DNA of 64,000 bases from an uncultured Pseudomonadota bacterium (GTDB lineage Bacteria > Pseudomonadota > Alphaproteobacteria > Rs-D84). Position numbers and translations under genes: made by a program. Each line of letters opens with the position of its first letter. Position 1 is the stretch's first letter. The stretch spans positions 90,209-154,208 of the forward strand of contig OOHM01000001.1 of the NCBI GenBank assembly GCA_900320405.1, read 5' to 3'. The notes beneath the pieces are model-generated. The model was not told where the DNA came from, did not search any database, and saw nothing but the letters and a program-made list of their open reading frames with translations. This document shows positions 1-9,358 of the stretch, piece after piece.

Positions 1-1877
1 AAGGTTTGACAATGGCGGAATACTTTACATCAACCCACGGTGCGCGTAAAGGTTTGTCTGATACCGCGTTAAAGACGGCCCAGGCGGGTTATTTGACGCG
101 TCGTTTGGTCGATTTGGCGTTGAACACCGTTATTACCGAACACGATTGCGGAACCAAAGAATATATCACCGCAAAACCGGTATACCAGGGCAGCACACTG
201 TCCGTTCCATTGGGCGATGTCGTTTTGGGTCGTACCGCGGCGAATGATATTGTGCACCCGATTACCAAGGAAGTTATTGTTCCGGCCGGCGAATTGATTA
301 CCAAGGTTGCCGCACGCCAGATTAACGAATCTGGTCTGCCATCCGTTGATGTTCGCAGTGTTTTGACATGTTGCAGTGACGGTTTGTGCGCAAAATGCTA
401 TGGTATGGATTTGTCGCGCCAATCTTTGGTTCATGTCGGCGAAGCGGTCGGTGTTGTTGCCGGTCAATCCATTGGTGAACCGGGAACCCAGTTGACGTTG
501 CGTACCTTCCACATCGGTGGTATTGCGTCCGGTGGTGCCGAAAGTCATTATATCGAAGCCCCCGTTGCCGGTAAAATCAAACTGTCTGGTGTGAACACAA
601 TCAAAAATTCTGCGGGTCGTATCGTTGTATTGTCGCGTAATGGCAAAATTGCGGTTGTGTCCAACAAAGGTGATGAATTATTCAGTTGCGCATTACCATA
701 TGCATCTATGTTGATTGTCAACGATGGTGATATGGTAGAAAAGGGTGCCAAGGTTGCAGAATGGGATCCGTATTCCAATACAATCATTGCAGAAAAAGAT
801 GGTATTGTGAAATTCAACGACTTGGTTGAAAATGTTTCGTTCCAAGAAGAGGTTGATTCCACAACCGGTATTGCCTCGCGCAAGGTTATCAATTGGAAAA
901 CCAACACCAAAAAGGCAATGCAACCCGCAATCCGTTTGGTTAACGAAAATGGCGATGTATTGTCTTTGGGCGGTAAAAAGATCGCGGAATACTTGTTGCC
1001 GATACATTCGGTTTTGAATGTTGCGGACGGTGCAACCGTTGCGGCGGGTGACATTTTGGCACGTATTCCGGTCCAGGCAAAGCGTACAGGCGATATTACG
1101 GGTGGTTTGCCACGCGTTGAAGAATTGTTAGAGGTTCGTCGTCCGGCCAATCCAGCATTGTTGGCGGAAATCGACGGTACGGTCGAATTGGAAGATGCAA
1201 AATCTAAAATCATCGTTCGTATCGAACCCGATGACGGAACCGCACCGGTTGAATACGCGGTACCAAAGGGAACAAACCTGTTGGTGCGCAGTGGCGATGT
1301 TGTTAAAAAGGCCGATAAATTGGTCGATGGTGACCCGGTCCCGCAAGACATCTTGCGCATTTTGGGTCAAAAGGCATTGGCGACATTTATGGTTGAACAG
1401 ATTCAACAGGTTTATCGCCTTCAGGGTGTGTCCATCAACGACAAACACATTGAAATTTTGATACGTGAAATGACGCGTCGTGTTGAAATCACTGACCCGG
1501 GTGACACAGGATTCCTTATGGGACATGTTGTTGACCGTGTTGATTTCGAAGAAGAAAATGCGCGTGTTGTCCACGATGGGGGCCGTCCGGCGGTTGCGTC
1601 CCAGGTCTTGGTTGGACTTACCCGTGCGTCACTTACCACACGTTCGTTCATTTCCAACGCGTCGTTCCAACAAACCACCAAGGTTTTGGTTGATGCGGCG
1701 ATTAACGGTGCAACCGATAAATTGGTCGGTATAAACGAGAACTTGATTGTTGGCCGTTTGATACCGATTGGCACGGGTGCATACGTCCGTCGTGTTCGTG
1801 AAATTGCCAAGGCCGAAGAAAAGGCGGAAAAATTGGCACGCGAAGGTGGACAAAATCAACAATTGTTGGATTTATAA
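1..1877 (+). CDS. rpoC: DNA-directed RNA polymerase subunit beta' (C-terminal part, 5' end outside window)
   Basis: ORF is open to the window edge. Translation shows conserved beta' blocks ARKGLSDTALKTAQAGYLTRRLVD and GEAVGVVAGQSIGEPGTQLTLRTFHIGG. Confidence 0.95.
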   Translation, partial: GLTMAEYFTSTHGARKGLSDTALKTAQAGYLTRRLVDLALNTVITEHDCGTKEYITAKPVYQGSTLSVPLGDVVLGRTAANDIVHPITKEVIVPAGELITKVAARQINESGLPSVDVRSVLTCCSDGLCAKCYGMDLSRQSLVHVGEAVGVVAGQSIGEPGTQLTLRTFHIGGIASGGAESHYIEAPVAGKIKLSGVNTIKNSAGRIVVLSRNGKIAVVSNKGDELFSCALPYASMLIVNDGDMVEKGAKVAEWDPYSNTIIAEKDGIVKFNDLVENVSFQEEVDSTTGIASRKVINWKTNTKKAMQPAIRLVNENGDVLSLGGKKIAEYLLPIHSVLNVADGATVAAGDILARIPVQAKRTGDITGGLPRVEELLEVRRPANPALLAEIDGTVELEDAKSKIIVRIEPDDGTAPVEYAVPKGTNLLVRSGDVVKKADKLVDGDPVPQDILRILGQKALATFMVEQIQQVYRLQGVSINDKHIEILIREMTRRVEITDPGDTGFLMGHVVDRVDFEEENARVVHDGGRPAVASQVLVGLTRASLTTRSFISNASFQQTTKVLVDAAINGATDKLVGINENLIVGRLIPIGTGAYVRRVREIAKAEEKAEKLAREGGQNQQLLDL

Positions 1878-1890
1878 AGGGAACAAGGTT

Positions 1891-1930
1891 GGTGTTAGAT
1901 GATTAGTATGCTTAACTAATCACTAACACT
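1891..1930 (+). promoter_or_regulatory. Long imperfect hairpin just after the rpoC stop (7 bp + bulge + 8 bp), with no T-tract
   Basis: ggtgttag(at)gattagt at 1891-1907 pairs with actaatc(a)ctaacact at 1915-1930. A third related copy, taacactaatcact, lies at 1937-1950. Confidence 0.4.
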
Positions 1931-1950
1931 GACCATTAACACTAATCACT

Positions 1951-2349
1951 ATGGCCGAAAAACCTGCGATTTTTTGTGATATTGATGGTGTGGTCAGTAA
2001 AAAGTGGGCCATTGCCGATTATGACCGCTTTGGTGAACCAAACACAAATATGATACGGGTTTTGGAAACATTGGGCCGTGATTTTACAATCGTGTTCATA
2101 ACCGGCCGTTGGGCCATGGGTCAATCAAAGGTTGATGCGTTCATTGATAATCTGTTGCCGAATATCAAGAAATTGGTGTTTTGCAAACCGCACGATTATC
2201 CGGGTACAACCGCAGAATACAAATTGGCCAAGATAAAGGAATTAGAGGCAGACGGTTATAAATTCTATATGGGTTTGGACGACCATAGCGCGGTAATTGG
2301 ATTGATGCACAATCACGGTATGTTCGTCGCCAAGGTGATATCAGATTAA
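1951..2349 (+). CDS. Small HAD-superfamily phosphatase-like protein
   Basis: 132 aa. N-terminal FCDIDGVV (HAD motif I DxDG), ITGR (motif II-like) and a late GLDDH acidic motif. Confidence 0.6.
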   Translation: MAEKPAIFCDIDGVVSKKWAIADYDRFGEPNTNMIRVLETLGRDFTIVFITGRWAMGQSKVDAFIDNLLPNIKKLVFCKPHDYPGTTAEYKLAKIKELEADGYKFYMGLDDHSAVIGLMHNHGMFVAKVISD

Positions 2350-2415
2350 ACTTTTTCTTGCAAAAATCTGATATTATAATAAAATAAACGGAAGAAAATA
2401 AAAAAGGATATAGAA

Positions 2416-2565
2416 ATGGCAGTTCCAAGAAGTAAAACAAGTAAAGCACGCAGCGCACAGCGCCGTTCTCATGATGGTTTGGCCGTTATGCCTTGCGGTG
2501 TATGCAAAACATGTGGCGAAAAGAAGCGTCCGCATCATGTATGCCCGGCATGTGGTGCAAAATAA
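2416..2565 (+). CDS. rpmF: 50S ribosomal protein L32
   Basis: 49-aa ORF missing from the ORF track (too short): MAVPRSKTSKARSAQRRSHDG...CGEKKRPHHVCPACG. It sits upstream of plsX, the classical synteny. Confidence 0.9.
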   Translation: MAVPRSKTSKARSAQRRSHDGLAVMPCGVCKTCGEKKRPHHVCPACGAK

Positions 2566-2627
2566 TAATTAAACAAATACATCCGCAGATATGGCGCGGT
2601 CGCGTCTGTCTGCATTTTTAATGCGAT

Positions 2628-3686
2628 ATGGGAAACGAAAAAAAGATTATTGCGATTGATGTGATGGGGGGGGACCGTGGGCCCACTGCGGTTCTTGGCG
2701 GTATAAATCAGTTTTTATATCAACATCCGGAATCAAATATTCATTTTCACATATTTGGTGACGAAGGTCGCCTGCGTAAAATGTTGGCGCGTTATCCGCG
2801 TGTCGCGCGCAATTCTACGGTTATAAATGCACCGGGCGCGATTCGTGGCACAGACAAAGTTCGCGATGTTATCCGTCATGCCCAAGATACATCAATGTAT
2901 ATGGCAATCAAAGATGTACGCGAAGGTAATGCCGCCGCGGTGGTCAGTGCGGGCAACACCGGCGTGTTAATGTCGCTTTCTAAATTGGCATTAAAAACGG
3001 TTGATGGTATTTCGCGCCCGGCAATAACGACAATGTTGCCGTCGGGTGCGGGTGATTCACGTGTTGTGGTTTTGGATTTGGGTGCAAATGTTAAATGTGA
3101 TGCCGGCGATTTGTTTGACTTTGCGATTTTGGGCGGCGTCTATGCCGAGGTTATAGGTCATATGCCACGCCCGAAACTTGGGGTACTGAATATTGGGGAA
3201 GAGGCGACCAAGGGCAACGAAACCCTGCAACAAATAAATAACCTGTTGTTGGCGCATCGCGAAGAATTACCGTATGATTACATTGGTTTTGTCGAACCCA
3301 CAGACATTAGTGCCGGCCGGGTCCAGGTTGTTGTGACGGATGGTTTTACGGGAAACATCGTTTTGAAAACGGTCGAAGGCACGGCGAAACTTATCAAACG
3401 CGTAATTAGCGAGAATATGAAAAAATCGTGGCTTGCGATTATTGGCGCGTTTTTCTTGGTTCACGTGTTTAAGCGTTTGAAACATAAAATTGATCCGCGT
3501 TCATATGCCGGTGCAACATTTTTGGGATTAAAGGGCTTTGCAATAAAAACGCACGGAAATTCAGACGCGTTGGCATTTGCAAATGCGATACAATATGCGT
3601 CCGATTTGGCACGGAATGATTTGAATGAAACAATTCGCGCCCGCGCCGCATCATTGGCCCACATCCGTGCCGAATTACAAGATTAA
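2628..3686 (+). CDS. plsX: Phosphate acyltransferase PlsX
   Basis: 352 aa. IAIDVMGGDRGP N-terminus, SAGNTG and TDGFTGN motifs. Follows rpmF. Confidence 0.93.
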   Translation: MGNEKKIIAIDVMGGDRGPTAVLGGINQFLYQHPESNIHFHIFGDEGRLRKMLARYPRVARNSTVINAPGAIRGTDKVRDVIRHAQDTSMYMAIKDVREGNAAAVVSAGNTGVLMSLSKLALKTVDGISRPAITTMLPSGAGDSRVVVLDLGANVKCDAGDLFDFAILGGVYAEVIGHMPRPKLGVLNIGEEATKGNETLQQINNLLLAHREELPYDYIGFVEPTDISAGRVQVVVTDGFTGNIVLKTVEGTAKLIKRVISENMKKSWLAIIGAFFLVHVFKRLKHKIDPRSYAGATFLGLKGFAIKTHGNSDALAFANAIQYASDLARNDLNETIRARAASLAHIRAELQD

Positions 3687-3723
3687 CAGTAAAAAAATCC
3701 AGATTTTGTTTAACAAAAAACAT

Positions 3724-3745
3724 CGTCGGCAATTGCTTGCCGACG
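3724..3745. terminator. Bidirectional hairpin between convergent plsX and the 3798..4133 gene
   Basis: Perfect 9-bp stem cgtcggcaa/ttgccgacg with a 4-nt loop. A second hairpin, ttccgg-aaa-ccggaa, lies at 3758-3772. Confidence 0.6.
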
Positions 3746-3797
3746 TGCTCTCCTTCCTTCCGGAAACCGGAAACTGTTTGTTTGTGTGTCGTAAAAT

Positions 3798-4133
3798 TTA
3801 TGCCGCCATTGCGACCGTGGTTGCGGATTGTCCCTCGTCCGCGTCCATAATGCGTTTTGCTTCGGCAAAGACCATTTCTTTGACACGCAACGCCAATTCT
3901 TTTGTGTCCAGGCTTTCCGCCGCGACATCGAAATTATCGGTACGAATTTGCAACGAAACATATGCGCCAACCAAAGATGTGCGTGGCAAATCTTCTATTG
4001 AACGCGGTGTGTTATTGTGACCGATTTGTAATTCATCGCTAAGCGATATTATTTCGCGGTCTGCATTGACCCACACGGTTGTGCTTAAAACTTTGTGCAG
4101 GGCAATCATAATTTCTTTGATGTTTTTTGGCAT
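3798..4133 (-). CDS. Hypothetical protein (111 aa)
   Basis: Clean ORF in an otherwise empty interval, convergent with plsX. No family recognised by eye. Confidence 0.5.
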   Translation of the reverse strand: MPKNIKEIMIALHKVLSTTVWVNADREIISLSDELQIGHNNTPRSIEDLPRTSLVGAYVSLQIRTDNFDVAAESLDTKELALRVKEMVFAEAKRIMDADEGQSATTVAMAA

Positions 4134-4393
4134 GTGGCGTTCCCTCCTTTCTGGGCGTTGTCAAAAATTCAAAGCAGTTTTTGTATTTACACGATGTATT
4201 TACAAATCACTGAGTTAAATTTTCTTGTGTTCCTTGGTTTTTCCCAAAAATCCGCGTTTTCCTTAGATTTCTGGGCGTTTTATTTTTAATCCCTTTGTCT
4301 ATACACGGATGATAGAACAAAAACGAATCGATGGTCAAGAGAAAAAATGAAAAAAATTAAAAAAAATTTTGTGATTTCACCAACCCGTTGCAA

Positions 4394-5971
4394 TTAGACG
4401 AATTTTTCCGGGATGATTTTGGTCATTTTTTTGAATATGCGTCTAAAAATTGTTGTATCAGGGTCGCGGGTGTATGTGCGGGGCTTTTTATCGCCACTTC
4501 TGCGTCCGGTCCATATTGTTTTTTTACCGTCGCGCGTCACGTGCCAAGATGTTTGTGTGTCGCGCAAAATCATATCGCGCACCCGTTCTGCAAATTCTGG
4601 ACTTTCGAAAATTGCAACATTTTCTGTGTTGTAATACGCGCTGCGTGGGTCCAGGTTGAAACTGCCAATCCAAGAAACCTTGTTATCGAACACGATTGTT
4701 TTACTGTGCATAACCGAAAAGTGCGGCTTTTTGCGTTCGTGTCGTTGGTTGCGCAGGTTTTCTGCAGACATCATAAATTCATATACATCTGCGCCGGCGT
4801 CCACCAATTCATCGCGATATTTTTCCCACTTTCCAAATGCGGTTGGCGCATTTGTCGAAGACAAAGAATTTGTGACAACGGTTATATGCACACCAGATTT
4901 TTCTTCGTTGCGCATTAAATCCATTCCGCCGCGTCCGGGCACAAAGTATGCCGCAGACACATAAACATTGTTTTTGGTTTCGCGCCACAGGCGGTTTAAT
5001 GCCAATATGATTTCACCACGATATTTTTCTTTGCGTTCCATTGACATTTCGACTTTGCCGGGTGGGTCGGCGATAAATCGCCCGCGTCCCCAACAGAAAT
5101 CAAACAACCCGTTTTTGAATTCGTATATTGCCAAAGATATAATTTTATTATACCAACGAATATTTTCTGCACTGCGCCGTTCCAATTCTGCGAATTTTTG
5201 TTCCAGTTTTTTCATTGCGCGTCGCGATTTTGCCTTTGGAATAACATATGCCGGCACGGCCAAGTGATGCGTCCAGTATTTATTAAAACTGTCGGCCGCG
5301 CCACGCGTGATTTCGCCCAAGAATAAAACATCTGTATCGGAAAAGTTCGCGGATGTTTCCGGCATAAAATAATTACTGCCCACATTGCGTCCGCCGGTAA
5401 TCAGTGCGACGTTGTCCACGATAAATAATTTGTTATGCATTCGCGAATTTAATCGGTTAAAGTCCATCAATATTTGTGGATAGTACAAAATTCGCGACCG
5501 ATTTTTAACTGCGTTAAATATTTTGACTTCTATATTCGGGTGTTGGTTCAACAATATAACATCTGCGATATTGGAATTTGTTCCGTAATCGTCAATCAAC
5601 ACGCGCACCTTGACCCCGCGGTCGGCGGCGTTTTTTAATTCCCCAATCAAAATTCGTGAAGATAAATCGTTGCTGTAAATATATGTTTGAATATCTATGG
5701 TTTTTGTTGCCATACGGGCGAATGCGGCGCGAATAACAAACGCAGACAATCCGTCTTCGATAAGTGTTGCGCCACTGACTTTTTCACCTTGGGTCAGTTC
5801 GGTTTTGTATTGTTTTGCGATGGGTGTTTGCATTGGATCATATTCTGCATCCGTTGCGATAATTTTTGGGTTATAGTTTGCCAAACGTTTATCGCGCAGA
5901 CTGGTTGGAATGGTCGTGCAACCAACAAACGGCAACGCCAACAACAACCAAGAAAAATTACTTAACGCCAT
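4394..5971 (-). CDS. Phospholipase D / cardiolipin-synthase-like lipoprotein (two HKD motifs)
   Basis: Two HxK(x)4D motifs (HNKLFIVDN and HSKTIVFDNKVSWIGSFNLDPRS). The likely start is the internal Met giving MALSNFSWLLLALPFVGC (lipobox). The ORF track extends to 6019. Confidence 0.85.
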   Translation of the reverse strand: MALSNFSWLLLALPFVGCTTIPTSLRDKRLANYNPKIIATDAEYDPMQTPIAKQYKTELTQGEKVSGATLIEDGLSAFVIRAAFARMATKTIDIQTYIYSNDLSSRILIGELKNAADRGVKVRVLIDDYGTNSNIADVILLNQHPNIEVKIFNAVKNRSRILYYPQILMDFNRLNSRMHNKLFIVDNVALITGGRNVGSNYFMPETSANFSDTDVLFLGEITRGAADSFNKYWTHHLAVPAYVIPKAKSRRAMKKLEQKFAELERRSAENIRWYNKIISLAIYEFKNGLFDFCWGRGRFIADPPGKVEMSMERKEKYRGEIILALNRLWRETKNNVYVSAAYFVPGRGGMDLMRNEEKSGVHITVVTNSLSSTNAPTAFGKWEKYRDELVDAGADVYEFMMSAENLRNQRHERKKPHFSVMHSKTIVFDNKVSWIGSFNLDPRSAYYNTENVAIFESPEFAERVRDMILRDTQTSWHVTRDGKKTIWTGRRSGDKKPRTYTRDPDTTIFRRIFKKMTKIIPEKFV

Positions 5972-6125
5972 AACCACATTATACCGACTTGGGCGCGTTT
6001 CGCAAGCCAAATCGGTCACGAAAAAAATCCCATAGAAAACAAAAATTATTTTTTACGATGTTTTTCGCTTGCGTTAATAATTGCGATAATGATAAAATAA
6101 CACGGAACGGAAGGAAGATTTTACA

Positions 6126-9100
6126 ATGAAAAGACTTGCAATATTTATTGGTGGCCTGCTTGTGTTGCCCGCATTTGCAGAGGTTGCACCGATTATTTAC
6201 GATGATATTGAATATATGGATGTGGCGTATGATGAATACGGCAATCCGGTATTTTATACTGATTACGAAGACACAGATTTGGCCCTGGAACCCGATGATA
6301 CCGTGACGATACCTTCCGTATCAACATCGCGTGGTGTGTCGGGGGCGCGCACAAATGCGAACCGTACAACAATCGGTCGAACCGTGCCGACATCCAATGC
6401 GGGTGCGGCGTCTGGTCGTGCATCGGCGGCGAATTCTTCACGTGCGGTCGCGGCACGAACAACAACAAATACTTCCCCACGTTCAAATTCAAATTCGCGC
6501 GCCGTTGCGTCGCGCGGCACGGCGTCACGTACAACATCAACCACGGCGACCCGCACGGCGACCGATGCCGCCACGCGGGCGGCGGCAACCCGTGCAACGG
6601 GCGGGGCGGGGCGTACCGCAACATCAACCCGCACAGGCGCATCCGGTGGTGCGACGGTGGCACGAACAACAACATCGCGTAATGCGACATCATCGCGCAC
6701 GGCAACAACCGGGGCGCGTGTGAACCGTGCATCAACCAATGCGGCGGTTGCATTAACGGGTAATGCCATTGCGGCGGCACCGATACGGTTAAATAGTACT
6801 TCGGTGACCACAAACAAAACGGTTCTTGGGTCTGATGGGACATTGTATATTCCAAACGGTGCCGCATCACGTGTCAGTGTCGCGAATCGTGTGCCAACAA
6901 TTCGTATGTCGTCTATGAGTGGCCTTTCCACCGACACCACGGCGGTCAGTGCGACAACCCCCGCAGAAATGGATGAATTGGCGGAATTAACCGATTATTG
7001 CAAGGCGCAATATGCGGCGTGTATGGATAATTATTGTAATGTCTTGGATGATAACCAGGGGCGTTGCAGTTGCAGTGCAAACATCAAAAATTATGCCAAG
7101 GCCGAGGCCGCATTAAAATCGGCAACCGAAGAATTACAAGAGGTTGCACAAAAGATTCAGTATATCGGTTTAAGTGCGCGCGAGGTTGAAACCCTGTTCA
7201 CCGCGACCGAGGCCGAATTGAAAATGCAAACCACCACCGACACGACCCAATTAAAGGCCAGTCTTGACAAGATAAAAGATATGATTATAGAGGTTCAGTC
7301 TGGCACCGCGTCGTCTTCGAATTCTTCGTTCCTTTCGTTTGATTTGTCGGGCCTGTTGGATTTCACGATTGACAGTACCGGTTTCGATTTGTCTTCGTTC
7401 CTGGGCGGGTTTGGCACAAATGCGAACGGAATTAACAATCAACGTGGCGAAGAATTGTTCAAAACCGCGACAAATCGATGCAAGGCGAACGTGTTAAAGG
7501 CCTGTACAGCCCAGGGTGTTGACGGTTCGTTGATTACAAACGCGTACGATTTGGAAATTGATAAAGAATGTATCGCATACGAACGCAGCCTTAACGATTC
7601 CAATGACCAAATGGTCGCAACGGTGCGCAACGCGAAAAGCGTTCTGCAAAAGGCGCGCCTTTTGGTGGAACAATCGAAAAATGAATACGATATGCGCGGG
7701 TGCATAAATGCACTGGATTCATGTATGCAGGATGAATACGTCTGCGGCAGCGATTATGAAAAGTGTCTTGACCCGTCCGGTCGTTATATCGTGAACGGTG
7801 AAATTGTGATTGGCACCGACCCGGGTCGTGCGGTTAACGGTATAAACGATGGTAGTGCGGGCGTGTTAAACGGTGATATTTGTTCAATGAATCTGTACAA
7901 TGTTTGGAATTATGGTTCGTCCACACCGGGCCAGACCAATTCGTCGCAATCGGGATGTAAAAACGCGTGGAACAGTTACAGTCTTAACGGCAGTGGCAAT
8001 GGTGATTTGGCAGATTATATTAACCAAACTGTGACATCAACGGCGGCCAAGAACGGTGGTTTGGGTATGTCAGAATTTATCCAAAACAAAATCGGTTGGA
8101 ACGATGGCGAGAAAAATTACGGTATGTGCATATCTGTCCTGAACAAGTGCCAGGATTATACATACACCGGCAAAGGTTCGTCGCGCAAGTATAACCCTGT
8201 GAACGAGGTTATAAAACAATACCTGGATCGTACATTGATTCAAATTAAGGCGCGCCAAGACGAAATTTTGGCAGAACACGCGGAAAGTTGTATCACCGAT
8301 GTGACAACCTGCCTGTCCCAGAACAATTATCCATTTGAAGACACGGCCGATAACGTGGTTCAGGCAAACATCGCAATCAACGCGTGTCGTTCGACAGTTG
8401 TGACCTGTATGTCGGTCAATGGATATTCGGTTGCGAATCCAACGCCGTCTGATTTGTCGTCGTGGATTTGTGGTATCACAACCGGTTCCCCAGATTGCAT
8501 CCCGAATTCCGGTGGTGGTGGTGTTACACCGACACCATCGGGAACATATACGGTGACATATAACTGTAATGGGGGCAGTGGTACTGCACCAGAATCACAA
8601 ACTGCTTCCTATAATGCCTATTTCACGCCAAGAAATAACAGATGTACGGCCCCAAGTAATAAACAATTTAATGGGTGGGCGGTTAATGGTCCGTCTGCAT
8701 CATTGGTTTGGTTGGCGGGTCATTCATATACATACCCGTACCAGCATGATGTTACGCTTTATGCACGATGGGCGGATACACCAAGTGGTTCTTGCACCAC
8801 AACAACCTTGCAATATTGTACCGAAACAACCTGCGCACGACTTGGTGGAGACTACATATGGTGTGAAACGGGACTTTCGCGTCCTTCATGCACGTTGCGA
8901 ACAGAATGTTCAGGCACGTGCAGTGCGGCAAATTTATCGGCGTGCACAAGTGCGGATTGCGGAATTTACGGTGGTCAATGGTGCGCAGCCGGAACAACGA
9001 CGAATTTCTCGTGTGGGTCAACCGCAACTGGTTGTTGTTCGTCGAATGTGACCAGTTGTACACGTGATCAATGCAATGCACTGAATGCAAAATGGTGTGT

Positions 9101-9341
9101 TCAAAGAACTGGCGACAGCCCGAAATGTACCAATATGTCGCAAATGAATGAATGTTGTGTTGGTTCTGTGGCCGGTTGCCAGAGCCAACCAGATTGTACG
9201 GCCGTTGGTGGAACTTGGAACGGGTCAAGTTGTACATCTGGTTCCAGCGAAGGTCAACATTCATTCGGTAATCAAACATTTGAAGGTGTTAGGGCGGTGA
9301 CCACTGGTGATGGAAATACAATAACTGTGCCACATAATTAA
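6126..9341 (+). CDS. Very large secreted mosaic protein: signal peptide, Arg/Thr/Ser/Ala low-complexity tract, coiled-coil/Cys region, InlB-B-repeat-like module, tandem Cys modules
   Basis: 1071 aa. N-terminal MKRLAIFIGGLLVLPAFA. YTVTYNCNGGSGTAP...FNGWAVNG...LYARW resembles the Listeria-Bacteroides (Flg_new) repeat. The C-terminus is Cys-rich. Confidence 0.85.
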   Translation: MKRLAIFIGGLLVLPAFAEVAPIIYDDIEYMDVAYDEYGNPVFYTDYEDTDLALEPDDTVTIPSVSTSRGVSGARTNANRTTIGRTVPTSNAGAASGRASAANSSRAVAARTTTNTSPRSNSNSRAVASRGTASRTTSTTATRTATDAATRAAATRATGGAGRTATSTRTGASGGATVARTTTSRNATSSRTATTGARVNRASTNAAVALTGNAIAAAPIRLNSTSVTTNKTVLGSDGTLYIPNGAASRVSVANRVPTIRMSSMSGLSTDTTAVSATTPAEMDELAELTDYCKAQYAACMDNYCNVLDDNQGRCSCSANIKNYAKAEAALKSATEELQEVAQKIQYIGLSAREVETLFTATEAELKMQTTTDTTQLKASLDKIKDMIIEVQSGTASSSNSSFLSFDLSGLLDFTIDSTGFDLSSFLGGFGTNANGINNQRGEELFKTATNRCKANVLKACTAQGVDGSLITNAYDLEIDKECIAYERSLNDSNDQMVATVRNAKSVLQKARLLVEQSKNEYDMRGCINALDSCMQDEYVCGSDYEKCLDPSGRYIVNGEIVIGTDPGRAVNGINDGSAGVLNGDICSMNLYNVWNYGSSTPGQTNSSQSGCKNAWNSYSLNGSGNGDLADYINQTVTSTAAKNGGLGMSEFIQNKIGWNDGEKNYGMCISVLNKCQDYTYTGKGSSRKYNPVNEVIKQYLDRTLIQIKARQDEILAEHAESCITDVTTCLSQNNYPFEDTADNVVQANIAINACRSTVVTCMSVNGYSVANPTPSDLSSWICGITTGSPDCIPNSGGGGVTPTPSGTYTVTYNCNGGSGTAPESQTASYNAYFTPRNNRCTAPSNKQFNGWAVNGPSASLVWLAGHSYTYPYQHDVTLYARWADTPSGSCTTTTLQYCTETTCARLGGDYIWCETGLSRPSCTLRTECSGTCSAANLSACTSADCGIYGGQWCAAGTTTNFSCGSTATGCCSSNVTSCTRDQCNALNAKWCVQRTGDSPKCTNMSQMNECCVGSVAGCQSQPDCTAVGGTWNGSSCTSGSSEGQHSFGNQTFEGVRAVTTGDGNTITVPHN

Positions 9342-9358
9342 TAACGGGGGATTTTGAT

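Noticed and set aside
69-1810. Multiple antisense and alternative-frame ORFs inside rpoC (for example 548..1360-, 1128..1574-)
   Set aside because: The plus frame encodes unmistakable beta' motifs across the whole interval. The others have no motifs or start context.
4388-4964. Plus-strand ORFs (4388..4918, 4656..4964 and others) opposite the phospholipase D gene
   Set aside because: They are antisense to a CDS with two clear HKD motifs, and their translations are Cys/Phe/Arg-rich nonsense.
6193-6940. Long ORFs on the minus strand (6193..6870, 6263..6940) and in an alternative plus frame (6331..6723), all inside the 1071-aa gene
   Set aside because: They coincide exactly with the GC-rich Arg/Thr/Ala codon-repeat tract. 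Their translations are low-complexity (Arg/Pro/His-rich), and they have no RBS or independent context. They are a by-product of compositional bias.
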